Below the pieces are notes generated by a model, which made no database searches, was not told where the DNA came from, and saw only the letters and a list, made by a program, of their open reading frames with translations. Below, piece by piece: positions 9,582 through 17,920 of a DNA stretch of 64,000 nucleotides. The stretch's first letter is position 1. The number at the start of each line of letters is the position of its first letter. A program made the translations under genes and the position numbers. Location: positions 186,001 through 250,000 of the IMG/VR virus record IMGVR_UViG_3300018080_008436; one strand, given 5' to 3'.

Positions 9582-9655
9582 GGCTCTGTAGCTCAGTGGC
9601 GAGCATTTGGCTGTTAACCAAAAGGAAGCGAGTTCGATTCTCGTCGGGGCCTCCA
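9582..9655 (+). tRNA. tRNA-Asn(GTT), short D-loop
   Basis: TTTGG-CTGTTAA-CCAAA; T arm GCGAG-TTCGATT-CTCGT; CCA. The 6-nt D loop and U73 are atypical. Confidence 0.8.
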
Positions 9656-9677
9656 GAAGTTCTTTGATAATTTATGT

Positions 9678-9768
9678 TGGTAGGTGACCCGAATGGTAAG
9701 GGCCTCGGCTGTTAACCGAGTATGGGCAGGGATGTCCTTTGCGAGTTCAAGTCTCGCCCTACCAGCCA
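9678..9768 (+). tRNA. tRNA-Asn(GTT) with long variable arm (type II)
   Basis: CTCGG-CTGTTAA-CCGAG, then V-arm GGGCA-GGGA-TGTCC; G73; CCA. Confidence 0.88.
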
Positions 9769-9771
9769 AAC

Positions 9772-9896
9772 TGTGGCGTAGCTTAATGGTTAAAGCTCTA
9801 AAAGAAAGGAGTCTGATAATAAGACTCGTTACTGCAATAATTATTCTAAATTCGTCTATTAAACGAGAGATCTTGGTTCGAATCCAAGCGCCACAG
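9772..9896 (+). tRNA. tRNA-Asn(ATT) with a 53-nt insert (9800-9852) in the anticodon stem
   Basis: TGTGGCG/CGCCACA acceptor. Removing 9800-9852 gives a perfect CTCGT-CTATTAA-ACGAG arm and a 72-nt cloverleaf. No encoded CCA. Confidence 0.7.
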
Positions 9897-9904
9897 CTAA
9901 TGAT

Positions 9905-9981
9905 TGCCTCGTAGCATAATTGGTATTGCACCAGATTTTGATTCTGGGAATTTCTGGGTTCGAGTCCCAGCGAGGCATCCA
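9905..9981 (+). tRNA. tRNA-Gln(TTG)
   Basis: TGCCTCG/CGAGGCA; CCAGA-TTTTGAT-TCTGG; CCA. Confidence 0.92.
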
Positions 9982-10032
9982 TTTTTTACCACAAATCGTT
10001 CTATTGGTAACATTAATTTGTATAATAAAACT

Positions 10033-10776
10033 ATGTTCCCAAAAGTGGAGTCGGTTGTGAAAGAAAGGGAAAAAAGAAGTTTACTTTGGCACAAATATAA
10101 TGATGAAGAATTTAGAGAACTAGTAAAAAAGTCTCAAACATATTCTGACATACTTAGAGATCATGGCATGTCAAACAAAGGGGGGAATTGCAACACGCTA
10201 AAAAAGAGAATTGCTAAACTTGGGGTTAATGACGATCATATTGCAAAGGGGCATTCTTCTAATAAAGGTAAAAAGTTCATCTCTAAAAAGATTCCACTTA
10301 ATAAGATACTTGTAGAAAATTCTACCTACAATAGGGGGCATCTAAAAAATAGAATTATAGAAGAGAAACTAATAGATTACAAATGTCAAAAATGCGGAAT
10401 AACAAATAAATGGGAAGGCAGTGAACTTGTTTTAGTACTTGATCACATAAATGGTGTCAGTAATGATCATCGACTAAAAAACCTTCGTTTTCTATGCCCC
10501 AACTGCAACAGCCAGACAAAAACTTTTGCTGGAAGAAGTAAACGCAAAAGATATTACTGTGAACAATGCGGAAAAGAAAAATCGTATAAGCATTCTAAAA
10601 AATGCAAAAGTTGTGCCGCAAAAGATCTAGAAAAACGTAAAGTCCAAAACCGCCCTTCCAAAGAAGAACTTGCCGAAATGATTGATACAATGTCTTGGCT
10701 GGCAATCGGAAAAAAATATGGAGTTTCTGATAATGCAATCAGAAAATGGGCAAGATCTTACGGTATAATATCCTAA
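10033..10776 (+). CDS. HNH homing endonuclease with C-terminal HTH
   Basis: CQKC...LDHINGVSNDHRLKNLRFLCPNCNSQT. Start is ATG 10033 or GTG 10057 (GGAG upstream), not 9904, which lies at the tRNA. Confidence 0.9.
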   Translation: MFPKVESVVKEREKRSLLWHKYNDEEFRELVKKSQTYSDILRDHGMSNKGGNCNTLKKRIAKLGVNDDHIAKGHSSNKGKKFISKKIPLNKILVENSTYNRGHLKNRIIEEKLIDYKCQKCGITNKWEGSELVLVLDHINGVSNDHRLKNLRFLCPNCNSQTKTFAGRSKRKRYYCEQCGKEKSYKHSKKCKSCAAKDLEKRKVQNRPSKEELAEMIDTMSWLAIGKKYGVSDNAIRKWARSYGIIS

Positions 10777-10794
10777 CCTTAATGGAGAAGAGCA

Positions 10795-11028
10795 ATGAAA
10801 TTCCGCATCAAATACAAAAAAGGATTGGGCTTTTACGCTCAAGTCAAAAGATCATTCTGGGAAAACTGGATGAAAATTGGCAAACACACTGTTGGTTTTG
10901 GTCACTACCGCGAGGATTGCCTAAGCCATCCAATGGAAACCATTGAAGAAGCCAAGAAACGTGTTGAAAAGTACAAGGAGTGGGTAAGACTAACCAATCA
11001 AAAAGCAGAATATTACGAACTTCCATAA
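10795..11028 (+). CDS. hypothetical protein
   Basis: 77 aa with GGAG upstream. Confidence 0.6.
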   Translation: MKFRIKYKKGLGFYAQVKRSFWENWMKIGKHTVGFGHYREDCLSHPMETIEEAKKRVEKYKEWVRLTNQKAEYYELP

Positions 11029-11076
11029 TGGACAACAGACCGAAAGTCATAAAAGAAGCTGTTGACAAGATAACTG

Positions 11077-11116
11077 AATCAGAAGGTTGCGAGTTCGATC
11101 CTCGCTGGGACATCCA
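11077..11116 (+). pseudogene. 3' half of a tRNA (T arm, 3' acceptor strand, CCA)
   Basis: AATCAGAAGGTT-GCGAG-TTCGATC-CTCGC-TGGGACA-T-CCA; no 5' TGTCCCA strand upstream. Confidence 0.7.
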
Positions 11117-11138
11117 AATTTTGTATAATAGGAATAAT

Positions 11139-11212
11139 TACCCTATAGTGTAATGGTAGCACAAAAGTTTTTGGCACTTTTGGTCGGGGTTCAAATCCCT
11201 GTAGGGTAGCCA
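11139..11212 (+). tRNA. tRNA-Gln(TTG)
   Basis: TACCCTA/TAGGGTA; AAAGT-TTTTGGC-ACTTT; U1-A72, G73; CCA. Confidence 0.9.
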
Positions 11213-11263
11213 ACTATCTCCCCTCCTGTATAATATCTCTAAACCTTATAGGAGAAACCATTC

Positions 11264-11437
11264 ATGTCTAAAGAATTCGCCATCAATTCAAAAGAAATTA
11301 ACGAGAATAAGAGATATTCACTTTTAGCTTATGTCATAAACGAAAGATTACGTTTAGAAGGGATTAGCACAAACATTAACATACGTGAAACTGCTGATAA
11401 AATCATAGTTGACGTAAACAAGAAAGATACCACTTAA
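11264..11437 (+). CDS. small hypothetical protein (57 aa)
   Basis: AGGAGA SD, MSKEFAINSKEINE...; below the ORF-track cutoff. Confidence 0.55.
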   Translation: MSKEFAINSKEINENKRYSLLAYVINERLRLEGISTNINIRETADKIIVDVNKKDTT

Positions 11438-11679
11438 CACTTGGCTTTCATAAAAACATAGCAAATACTTGAGAGTAATGAAGTGAACGATCTAGAAAGA
11501 CATAAACAAAGACTAGCCCAAATCCATTCAGATAGCAAAAAGATAAGAGAAGATGTGGAAAACACTCTGAACATATTCAAAATATTATGGTGTCTCTTCA
11601 AAGCTTGGAGATTAAAATCAGAAGTAATTTATATAATCAAAGAGCTTGAAAAATCCTCATAACTTGCTATACTACCTGT

Positions 11680-11844
11680 ATGGCTAAAAAGAAGAAAAAG
11701 AAATACAAGAACTTCCTGGAATTCCTTGAAACCCGTCTGAATAGCGAGAATTTTAAGAAAAACGCTAGTGAAGAAGAATACCAGAAGACTCTTGAAAAAT
11801 ACAAGAAAGAGAAACTCATCCAACGATTCGGGAACAAAAAATGA
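11680..11844 (+). CDS. small basic hypothetical protein (54 aa)
   Basis: MAKKKKKKYKNFLEFLE...; ATGA overlap with the next ORF; promoter TTGAAA-16-TATACT at 11646-11673. Confidence 0.55.
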   Translation: MAKKKKKKYKNFLEFLETRLNSENFKKNASEEEYQKTLEKYKKEKLIQRFGNKK

Positions 11845-12200
11845 AACCATTTGAAGAAGTCTTTAAGATGTATCACGACATGGCAGGAGAGTGGAGAATG
11901 AATCTCGACAATCTGGCTTCTCTTCATCCTGACAGTCATATTGTTTTCGGAGCCGAAGAACCTGAATATGTATCAAAAGACTCTGTTATTGAAATGGATG
12001 TTTATCTCGCTGGAGAGAAAATCGGAGTCACAAGAGCCTGCGGAGAATTAGACAATGATGTCATTCGCAGAAATATGATTGGAATGAAAAGAGTCGGAGT
12101 AAAAAATGAGAGTGGTCATCACAATGCTTACTCCACAGGATTTGAGTTAACAGTTGATAAGGATAATAAAAGGATAGATTTAACTCCAAAAAAGTTTTAG
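11841..12200 (+). CDS. hypothetical protein
   Basis: 119-aa ORF whose stop overlaps the first base of tRNA-Cys. Confidence 0.65.
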   Translation: MKPFEEVFKMYHDMAGEWRMNLDNLASLHPDSHIVFGAEEPEYVSKDSVIEMDVYLAGEKIGVTRACGELDNDVIRRNMIGMKRVGVKNESGHHNAYSTGFELTVDKDNKRIDLTPKKF

Positions 12201-12319
12201 GTCGCGTAGTGTAATGGCAAGCATCTTATAAAATGAACCTGACATAAGGTTCTCTTCAGCAATAGTTAAAATCGTCTGCAAAACGAAGGGTCTGGGTTCG
12301 AATCCCAGCGCGACCTCCA
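12200..12319 (+). tRNA. tRNA-Cys(GCA) with a 45-nt insert (12228-12272) in the anticodon stem
   Basis: GGTCGCG/CGCGACC, U73, CCA. Removing 12228-12272 gives a perfect TTCGT-CTGCAAA-ACGAA arm. Confidence 0.8.
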
Positions 12320-12339
12320 ATTTAACATGTCAATTTAGT

Positions 12340-12367
12340 TTGACAAATTCAAAGCTGATGCTATATT
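12340..12367 (+). promoter_or_regulatory. sigma70-type promoter of rtcB
   Basis: TTGACA-16 nt-TATATT. Confidence 0.7.
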
Positions 12368-12411
12368 TATAGTATCGGCTTTTTTATGCAACAAAAAAAA
12401 CAGGTAGAAAG

Positions 12412-13680
12412 ATGATAATTTTGAAAGGCAAATACAACGAAGCGAAGATTTTCACAGATAACGTTGAATCTTCTGCTCAGGGCCAGATCATTACCTTCTT
12501 AAATGACAAAACATTTGAGAACGGAAATATCAGGATCATGCCAGATGTTCATGCAGGTGCAGGAGCCGTTATCGGGTTTACCGCTCCAGTTGGAGATAGG
12601 ATCATTCCAAACGTCATTGGAGTTGATATTGGCTGTGGAGTCTGCGCGTTCAAACTTGGACACAGAAAAGACATTGGTGAGAAGTTTGACAAACTCGACA
12701 AATTCATTGAAAAAACCATTCCTCATGGAATGAACGTTAATGGGGACTACAGAGATCTAGCCAAAAGCGGATATTGTGGAACCAAGGATGAGTTTGACGC
12801 ATTTACCGCAGAAGTAAAAGAAGTCTGCAATAGAACTGAACAGAACTTTACCAGAGTTATGTGCTCTTTGGGTTCTTTAGGTGGTGGAAACCATTTCATT
12901 GAAATTGACAAAGATGACGAAGGTAACCTCTGGTTAGTTGTTCATTCTGGTTCCAGGAATTTCGGTTTACAGATCGCCAAGTATCACCAGAACAAAGCAA
13001 AAGAATACTTGGACTTCATGAAATCGTCTGAGAACGCTAAGTTAGTGGCAGAAGTCAAAAAGACTGCGAACAAAAAAGAGATATCTGGGAAGATCAAAAA
13101 AGCCAAAGATGAGGCTAAAGAGAAGTATGGTGTACATACTGGTCTTGAGTATCTTGAAGGTGGAGGTGCTGACCAATATAAAAAGGATATGGACGTAGCT
13201 CAAAGGTTCGCAAGTTTTAACCGATTGGTTATGGTTGGTCGAATCGTTGAAGGTTTTTATGGACTGAAGTATTCAGAGATGGAAGTTTATCACTCAATCC
13301 ATAACTATATCAACTTCGAAGATGGAATCGTTCGAAAAGGAGCAATCTCTGCTCATTGTGGTGAGAAAGTTGTCATTCCTTTAAATATGGCTGATGGAAC
13401 AATCATTGGCATCGGAAAAGGAAATGAGGACTGGAATAACAGTGCGCCTCATGGAGCAGGACGTAAAATGTCCCGTTCAAAAGCCAAGAAGTCTTTGGAT
13501 GTGGATTATTTCAGGAAAAGAATGAAACAAGCTGGAGTCTGGTCTAGTTGTGTTGGAAAAAGTACATTGGATGAAGCACCAATGGCTTACAAAAAGGCCC
13601 AAGAGATTATTGACTATTTGGAGCCAACTGTTGAGATCCAATGTCACATGAAACCAGTTTATAACTTCAAGGCGCATTAA
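12412..13680 (+). CDS. rtcB: RtcB-family RNA 2',3'-cyclic/3'-phosphate ligase
   Basis: MPDVHAG, GVDIGCG, GSLGGGNHFIE, VHSGSRNFG, HNY, RKGA, SAPHGAGR, DEAPMAYK. Confidence 0.97.
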   Translation: MIILKGKYNEAKIFTDNVESSAQGQIITFLNDKTFENGNIRIMPDVHAGAGAVIGFTAPVGDRIIPNVIGVDIGCGVCAFKLGHRKDIGEKFDKLDKFIEKTIPHGMNVNGDYRDLAKSGYCGTKDEFDAFTAEVKEVCNRTEQNFTRVMCSLGSLGGGNHFIEIDKDDEGNLWLVVHSGSRNFGLQIAKYHQNKAKEYLDFMKSSENAKLVAEVKKTANKKEISGKIKKAKDEAKEKYGVHTGLEYLEGGGADQYKKDMDVAQRFASFNRLVMVGRIVEGFYGLKYSEMEVYHSIHNYINFEDGIVRKGAISAHCGEKVVIPLNMADGTIIGIGKGNEDWNNSAPHGAGRKMSRSKAKKSLDVDYFRKRMKQAGVWSSCVGKSTLDEAPMAYKKAQEIIDYLEPTVEIQCHMKPVYNFKAH

Positions 13681-13682
13681 GC

Positions 13683-13988
13683 ATGACTAAAGAAGAGATT
13701 AGAGAATGGATGAGATCCGCAGAATGTGTCGCAACTCATAGATATGAAGATTATGGTAACATATACCAATCCAGAATCTATGAGAAAGATGGGAAGCTCT
13801 ACTTAATAGAACTTTGCAATGGTGGAGTCTCAGAGAAATTTGGAAAGAAAGGATACATACGTGGAGAGTATGAACTTGTCGAAGTTCAGAAAAGAGAATA
13901 TACCGTTCAGATGGATGTTACTGAATACTCTGTTGATGGGCAAGGCGTTGTTTATGAAAAAGACGAGTGGATAGAGGTGGAACAATGA
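13683..13988 (+). CDS. hypothetical protein
   Basis: 101-aa ORF in the rtcB run. Confidence 0.65.
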   Translation: MTKEEIREWMRSAECVATHRYEDYGNIYQSRIYEKDGKLYLIELCNGGVSEKFGKKGYIRGEYELVEVQKREYTVQMDVTEYSVDGQGVVYEKDEWIEVEQ

Positions 13989-15031
13989 GAGTTCTAGTTA
14001 CTGGAATGATTGCAGGTCTTGGTGAAGAACAGTATATCAAGAAAGTCATCAACCTCGGAAAGGATGATGGAGTTTGCATCCAATACTACAACCTTCTTAA
14101 ATGCCTTCAATCGACTTCTGGGACCAATCGACTCATGGGGGCAACCAACTACCTGTTTGAGGTTCTAAGAGAGCGAGAATACGCTAAAATCGGTTGTGCG
14201 CTTGCAGATGATGACTGCGAGAACGCAATTATAAGAGTTCCTGCAACAATTGCCTGGAATCATGTCAACCACAAGCTCAAAGACCACAAAATCATCAAAG
14301 AGATTATTAAACCTGATGTGGTCGTTACTTTGATTGATGCGGAGTGGACAATTCGGAAAAGATTGGGGCAGGGGCATTTCAACGATCCATTTCGCAAACA
14401 AATCAATGAAGAGAACCCATCTATTCAACATGTGTTACGTTGGATGAATGAAGAGGTTAGTTTGTCTGAAGATTGGGCAAAATATTTTGGTGTTCCTCAT
14501 TATGTCATTCCCATGGCTCAACATCCTTGGTCTTTGTATAAATTAATCAAACATCCAAATATCCCATCCTTTTACGTTTCGTACTCGATGACTCATGCAG
14601 ATGATGAAGCTCGTAAAAAAATTAATGAGGTTGTTTTAAAACTTTGTGATTATGGACTGGTAATTGATCCTCAAGCAATTGAAATTGGTCATCAGAAGAT
14701 GAGTTCTTTGGACAAAGAATTCACTTACTCCTTTACTGTTCATAGAGACTTACACTGGTTTGTTGGTAAAGTTGATTCTGTTGTTGCGATCCATCCATAT
14801 GATACAAAACCTCCTTTGTCCACTGGTATGATGGATGAGTTAGGTCATGCCAGGGATTATATGAAGAATAGATATATGATTTTCCCACCTGAGCATTTGA
14901 GTCCATTCACTACCAACAGTTATGTTGACAAAGGATGTGTATTTAAAGATGCTAAGTCATTCTTCATCGCTCTTGAAGAAGAAGGGTATGAACAACTGGA
15001 AGATTTGTCAAATTTGGAGTTAGAAAAATGA
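13985..15031 (+). CDS. putative kinase-like protein fused to a nucleoside-deoxyribosyltransferase-like domain
   Basis: MRVLVTG start; PDVVVTLID; C-terminal FYVSYSMT...RDLHWFV..VD.VVA...LSTG...E..HA. The P-loop is degenerate. Confidence 0.45.
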   Translation: MRVLVTGMIAGLGEEQYIKKVINLGKDDGVCIQYYNLLKCLQSTSGTNRLMGATNYLFEVLREREYAKIGCALADDDCENAIIRVPATIAWNHVNHKLKDHKIIKEIIKPDVVVTLIDAEWTIRKRLGQGHFNDPFRKQINEENPSIQHVLRWMNEEVSLSEDWAKYFGVPHYVIPMAQHPWSLYKLIKHPNIPSFYVSYSMTHADDEARKKINEVVLKLCDYGLVIDPQAIEIGHQKMSSLDKEFTYSFTVHRDLHWFVGKVDSVVAIHPYDTKPPLSTGMMDELGHARDYMKNRYMIFPPEHLSPFTTNSYVDKGCVFKDAKSFFIALEEEGYEQLEDLSNLELEK

Positions 15032-15342
15032 TCATTGATGCAAACACTGAATTCGAAGTTCATCTTCTGGAAGACGATGAAAGGACTGGGATGAAAAAAG
15101 GTGACATCCTTTATCCCAAAGGAGTGTATTGGAACAAAGGTAACCTCATTGTCGTTGGTAGCACTGTTGTTGACAATACCACCAGATTGTCTTTCCCAAA
15201 AGAAAATGTAGAAGTCAGAATATCAAATGGTTTACACCATGTCTGGACTGTTGGAAAACATTTGAAGTTATATGCTGATCGGGATGAAAAATTGTGTTCT
15301 TGTAATGGAAGTATTCATATATTAAATTTTGGATGTCATTAA
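15028..15342 (+). CDS. hypothetical protein
   Basis: 104-aa ORF with ATGA coupling. Confidence 0.6.
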   Translation: MIIDANTEFEVHLLEDDERTGMKKGDILYPKGVYWNKGNLIVVGSTVVDNTTRLSFPKENVEVRISNGLHHVWTVGKHLKLYADRDEKLCSCNGSIHILNFGCH

Positions 15343-15353
15343 AGGAGTGAATC

Positions 15354-16334
15354 ATGAAGAGAATTATTTTTTTTTGTTTGGCGGTAATTTGTGTAACAGT
15401 ATTTGCGAAAGATGAGAACAAATACAGATCGATCTCTTTGTATGAAGAGAATGACATTGTTGCAGGCACTGACCTTGACTATACAAATGGTTTCAGGTTA
15501 CAGTACATCAGTAGTGATATTGAGACCTGGGACTTGCCAGACTGGGCCATCAAAATTGGCAAGAATCTTCCGTTATTCAATCATGAAGGTTACAAAAACA
15601 ATATTGGGATCGGATTTGGTCAGGATATGTACACTCCTACCGATATTGAAGATTTCAATTTAAGAGAAGATGACAGGCCATACGCAGGATGGCTGTATTT
15701 AGCCTTTAGTCTACATCATAAAGACGAAAATGATTTACATAAGTTGGAGTTGACGTTGGGAGTTGTTGGTCCTTACTCATTAGCTTGTGATACCCAAAAA
15801 ACAATTCATGAGTGGATTGATTCAAGAAACCCAAATGGTTGGGATCATCAGTTGGGTAATGAGTTCGGCTTGAACCTATCTTATGAATTCCGCAAGAAGT
15901 ATCTTTTCTTAGATAATTGGGTTGATGTTATCCCTAGTGCTAAGGTTAGTATTGGTAACGTTTCAACATATTTAGCAACTGGAACTACTGTTCGTTGTGG
16001 ATATAACTTGCCGAATGATTTTCATAGCAACAGGATTAGTTCTTCTGGGTTTGCTTTGCCAACCAATTACAGCAACAAAGGGGATTGGAGTGTTTATATT
16101 TTTGGCAATGTAACTGGATATGCAGTTGCTAGAGACATCTTCTTGGATGGAAATACCTTTGAGGACAGTCATAGCGTCGATAAGAAGCATTTTAAGGCCG
16201 AATTCGAGCTAGGAGTCGGGATGAGCTACAAACGCTTTTTTATGACCTATACAAGGGTTTATAAGACGAAAGAGTATGATACTCAGGAAAAGAATCATAC
16301 TTATGGATCTGTAAACCTTGGATTCAGGTTCTAA
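15354..16334 (+). CDS. lpxR: LpxR-family (lipid A deacylase-like) outer-membrane beta-barrel
   Basis: Signal peptide; ENDIVAGTDLDYTNG, GQDMYTP, DRPYAGWLY, GWDHQL, RDIFLDGNTF; C-terminal Phe. Confidence 0.85.
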   Translation: MKRIIFFCLAVICVTVFAKDENKYRSISLYEENDIVAGTDLDYTNGFRLQYISSDIETWDLPDWAIKIGKNLPLFNHEGYKNNIGIGFGQDMYTPTDIEDFNLREDDRPYAGWLYLAFSLHHKDENDLHKLELTLGVVGPYSLACDTQKTIHEWIDSRNPNGWDHQLGNEFGLNLSYEFRKKYLFLDNWVDVIPSAKVSIGNVSTYLATGTTVRCGYNLPNDFHSNRISSSGFALPTNYSNKGDWSVYIFGNVTGYAVARDIFLDGNTFEDSHSVDKKHFKAEFELGVGMSYKRFFMTYTRVYKTKEYDTQEKNHTYGSVNLGFRF

Positions 16335-16354
16335 CTTGAACTACTAGATTCTAA

Positions 16355-16418
16355 TTCATCTAAATCAATGCTGATCGTTATTCTCTTTCATCTAAATCAG
16401 TGCTGATCGTTATTCTCT
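16355..16418. repeat. 32-bp tandem duplication
   Basis: TTCATCTAAATCARTGCTGATCGTTATTCTCT x2 with one mismatch. Confidence 0.9.
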
Positions 16419-17916
16419 CGATATCGGCAGTTAGTCCACCTCCACCATTTAGGCGAACTCCAAATCGAGGTGCGAGGGTTTGTTTTGTTGTTGATATTGT
16501 TTCTGAATACCTTACTACGTCATCAACTATATATTGGATATGAAATCCATCCTTTATTATTTTCAGTGAATACGTTGTTTTAGCGGTTTCAAATGATGAT
16601 ACGACCTGTGTTCCAGAAGAGTTGACAACTCTAATCCAATGATTTCCCCCAGTATTAGCCAAAATGCTAATAATCATATTGCTAGTATTAACGAGGTAAA
16701 GATTTATCTGATCATAGTTTCCACTTGCATTAGGAAGAGAGACGTTAGAGTAGTCAACCTCGAATGAATAATCGTTGAAGTCAAATGCTGGATTTGCATT
16801 TTTCAATTGGAAACTTGTATATCTAGAAGAAAGCCCCGTATCATTAATTACTATTTTCCCTCCAGAAACATTCCACAATGTTACTTCGTCATTTGGTTCA
16901 TTGTACTTTTGGTCAGTAAGTGATGTACCTGGGAATTCATCAGATAAATCATCTAAAAGATATCTACTTGCCTGATCTACAGCAATTGCGTCGAAATCTG
17001 CACTTTTATCTTCTGCCCAACCAATAACAGTTTGTACCCATGCAGGTCCAGATGTACCTCCTTGATGTCTTCCCATGCTACTTCCAGCGGTAGTGCTAGT
17101 TGAAGCAAGAGATATATTTTCAGTATCAATTCCAAACATTTGTATTTTACTACTAGATCCATTAAATAATCCCATACAAAGTGCCGATCCTTCACTAAGT
17201 GCCCTTGCAGTTCCAATACCACCTGCGCCACCATCATACAAATTCCAACTCCAAGAGCCAAAACTGTTGCTCTGCACATTACAATAATTACCTGTTGAAG
17301 GGGCATTATCAATAATATAATTAGCTTGACTTCCATTTTGCCTAATTGCTCTTGTCGCATAGGTATAGGTTGTTCCAACTACTGTCGTATCAGTATTAAC
17401 TAAAGCACTAGTACTAGCATTAACCTTGATAAAAGCATAACCCCAAGGGTCTTTGTTGACAACTCCACTTTCACAAATTGTACTGGCGGTTCCACTTCCA
17501 TTCCTAGTCAAATCTTTTCCATTAACAGACTGATCATACCAAGTTATAACAACACCATTTGTTCCAGAACAAAATGTTTCTATAGCGTCAATATCTACAT
17601 GTCCAGTTCCGTCAGCATAAAAATCTTGAGAGGAAGTATCGCTAGTTCTTTCGACTTCAATTAATGGACCTGAATAACTTGGGTTTTCTTGCCAAAGTGA
17701 GTATATTTTATCTCCATCTGATAAAATTGGAGTGGGTCCATCAGAAGAAGAACTAGATGAACTCTCCAAAGCACACTCCAAGCAAAAATCATAAGTTCCG
17801 CCAATTTCAGATGGTTCTGCATTTTTGGAGCTTGTTGTCTCACCAATATACTTATAGCAAACTCCATTTATTTTAATAGATGGTCCATGATAATCATCAA
17901 ATATCTTATCTGCCAT
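16378..17916 (-). CDS. Ser-linker protein, shared N-terminal module plus lectin/jelly-roll-like domains (putative virion adhesin)
   Basis: Start MADKIFDDYHGPSIKINGVCYKYIGET...CLECALESSSS. Confidence 0.75.
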   Translation of the reverse strand: MADKIFDDYHGPSIKINGVCYKYIGETTSSKNAEPSEIGGTYDFCLECALESSSSSSSDGPTPILSDGDKIYSLWQENPSYSGPLIEVERTSDTSSQDFYADGTGHVDIDAIETFCSGTNGVVITWYDQSVNGKDLTRNGSGTASTICESGVVNKDPWGYAFIKVNASTSALVNTDTTVVGTTYTYATRAIRQNGSQANYIIDNAPSTGNYCNVQSNSFGSWSWNLYDGGAGGIGTARALSEGSALCMGLFNGSSSKIQMFGIDTENISLASTSTTAGSSMGRHQGGTSGPAWVQTVIGWAEDKSADFDAIAVDQASRYLLDDLSDEFPGTSLTDQKYNEPNDEVTLWNVSGGKIVINDTGLSSRYTSFQLKNANPAFDFNDYSFEVDYSNVSLPNASGNYDQINLYLVNTSNMIISILANTGGNHWIRVVNSSGTQVVSSFETAKTTYSLKIIKDGFHIQYIVDDVVRYSETISTTKQTLAPRFGVRLNGGGGLTADIERITISTDLDERE

Positions 17917-17920
17917 AATT

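Noticed and set aside
9368-9982. ORFs 9368-9580, 9614-9982, 9684-9914 and the 9904 start
   Set aside because: They overlap tRNA genes and are translation artefacts.
11441-11662. ORF with an in-frame TAG at 11459
   Set aside because: An in-frame GTG at 11483 with GAGAG upstream explains a 59-aa ORF without readthrough.
9800-12272. Hammerhead ribozyme or group I intron as the tRNA inserts
   Set aside because: CTGA is present, but the CUGANGA/GAAA core is not, and 45-53 nt is far below group I size.
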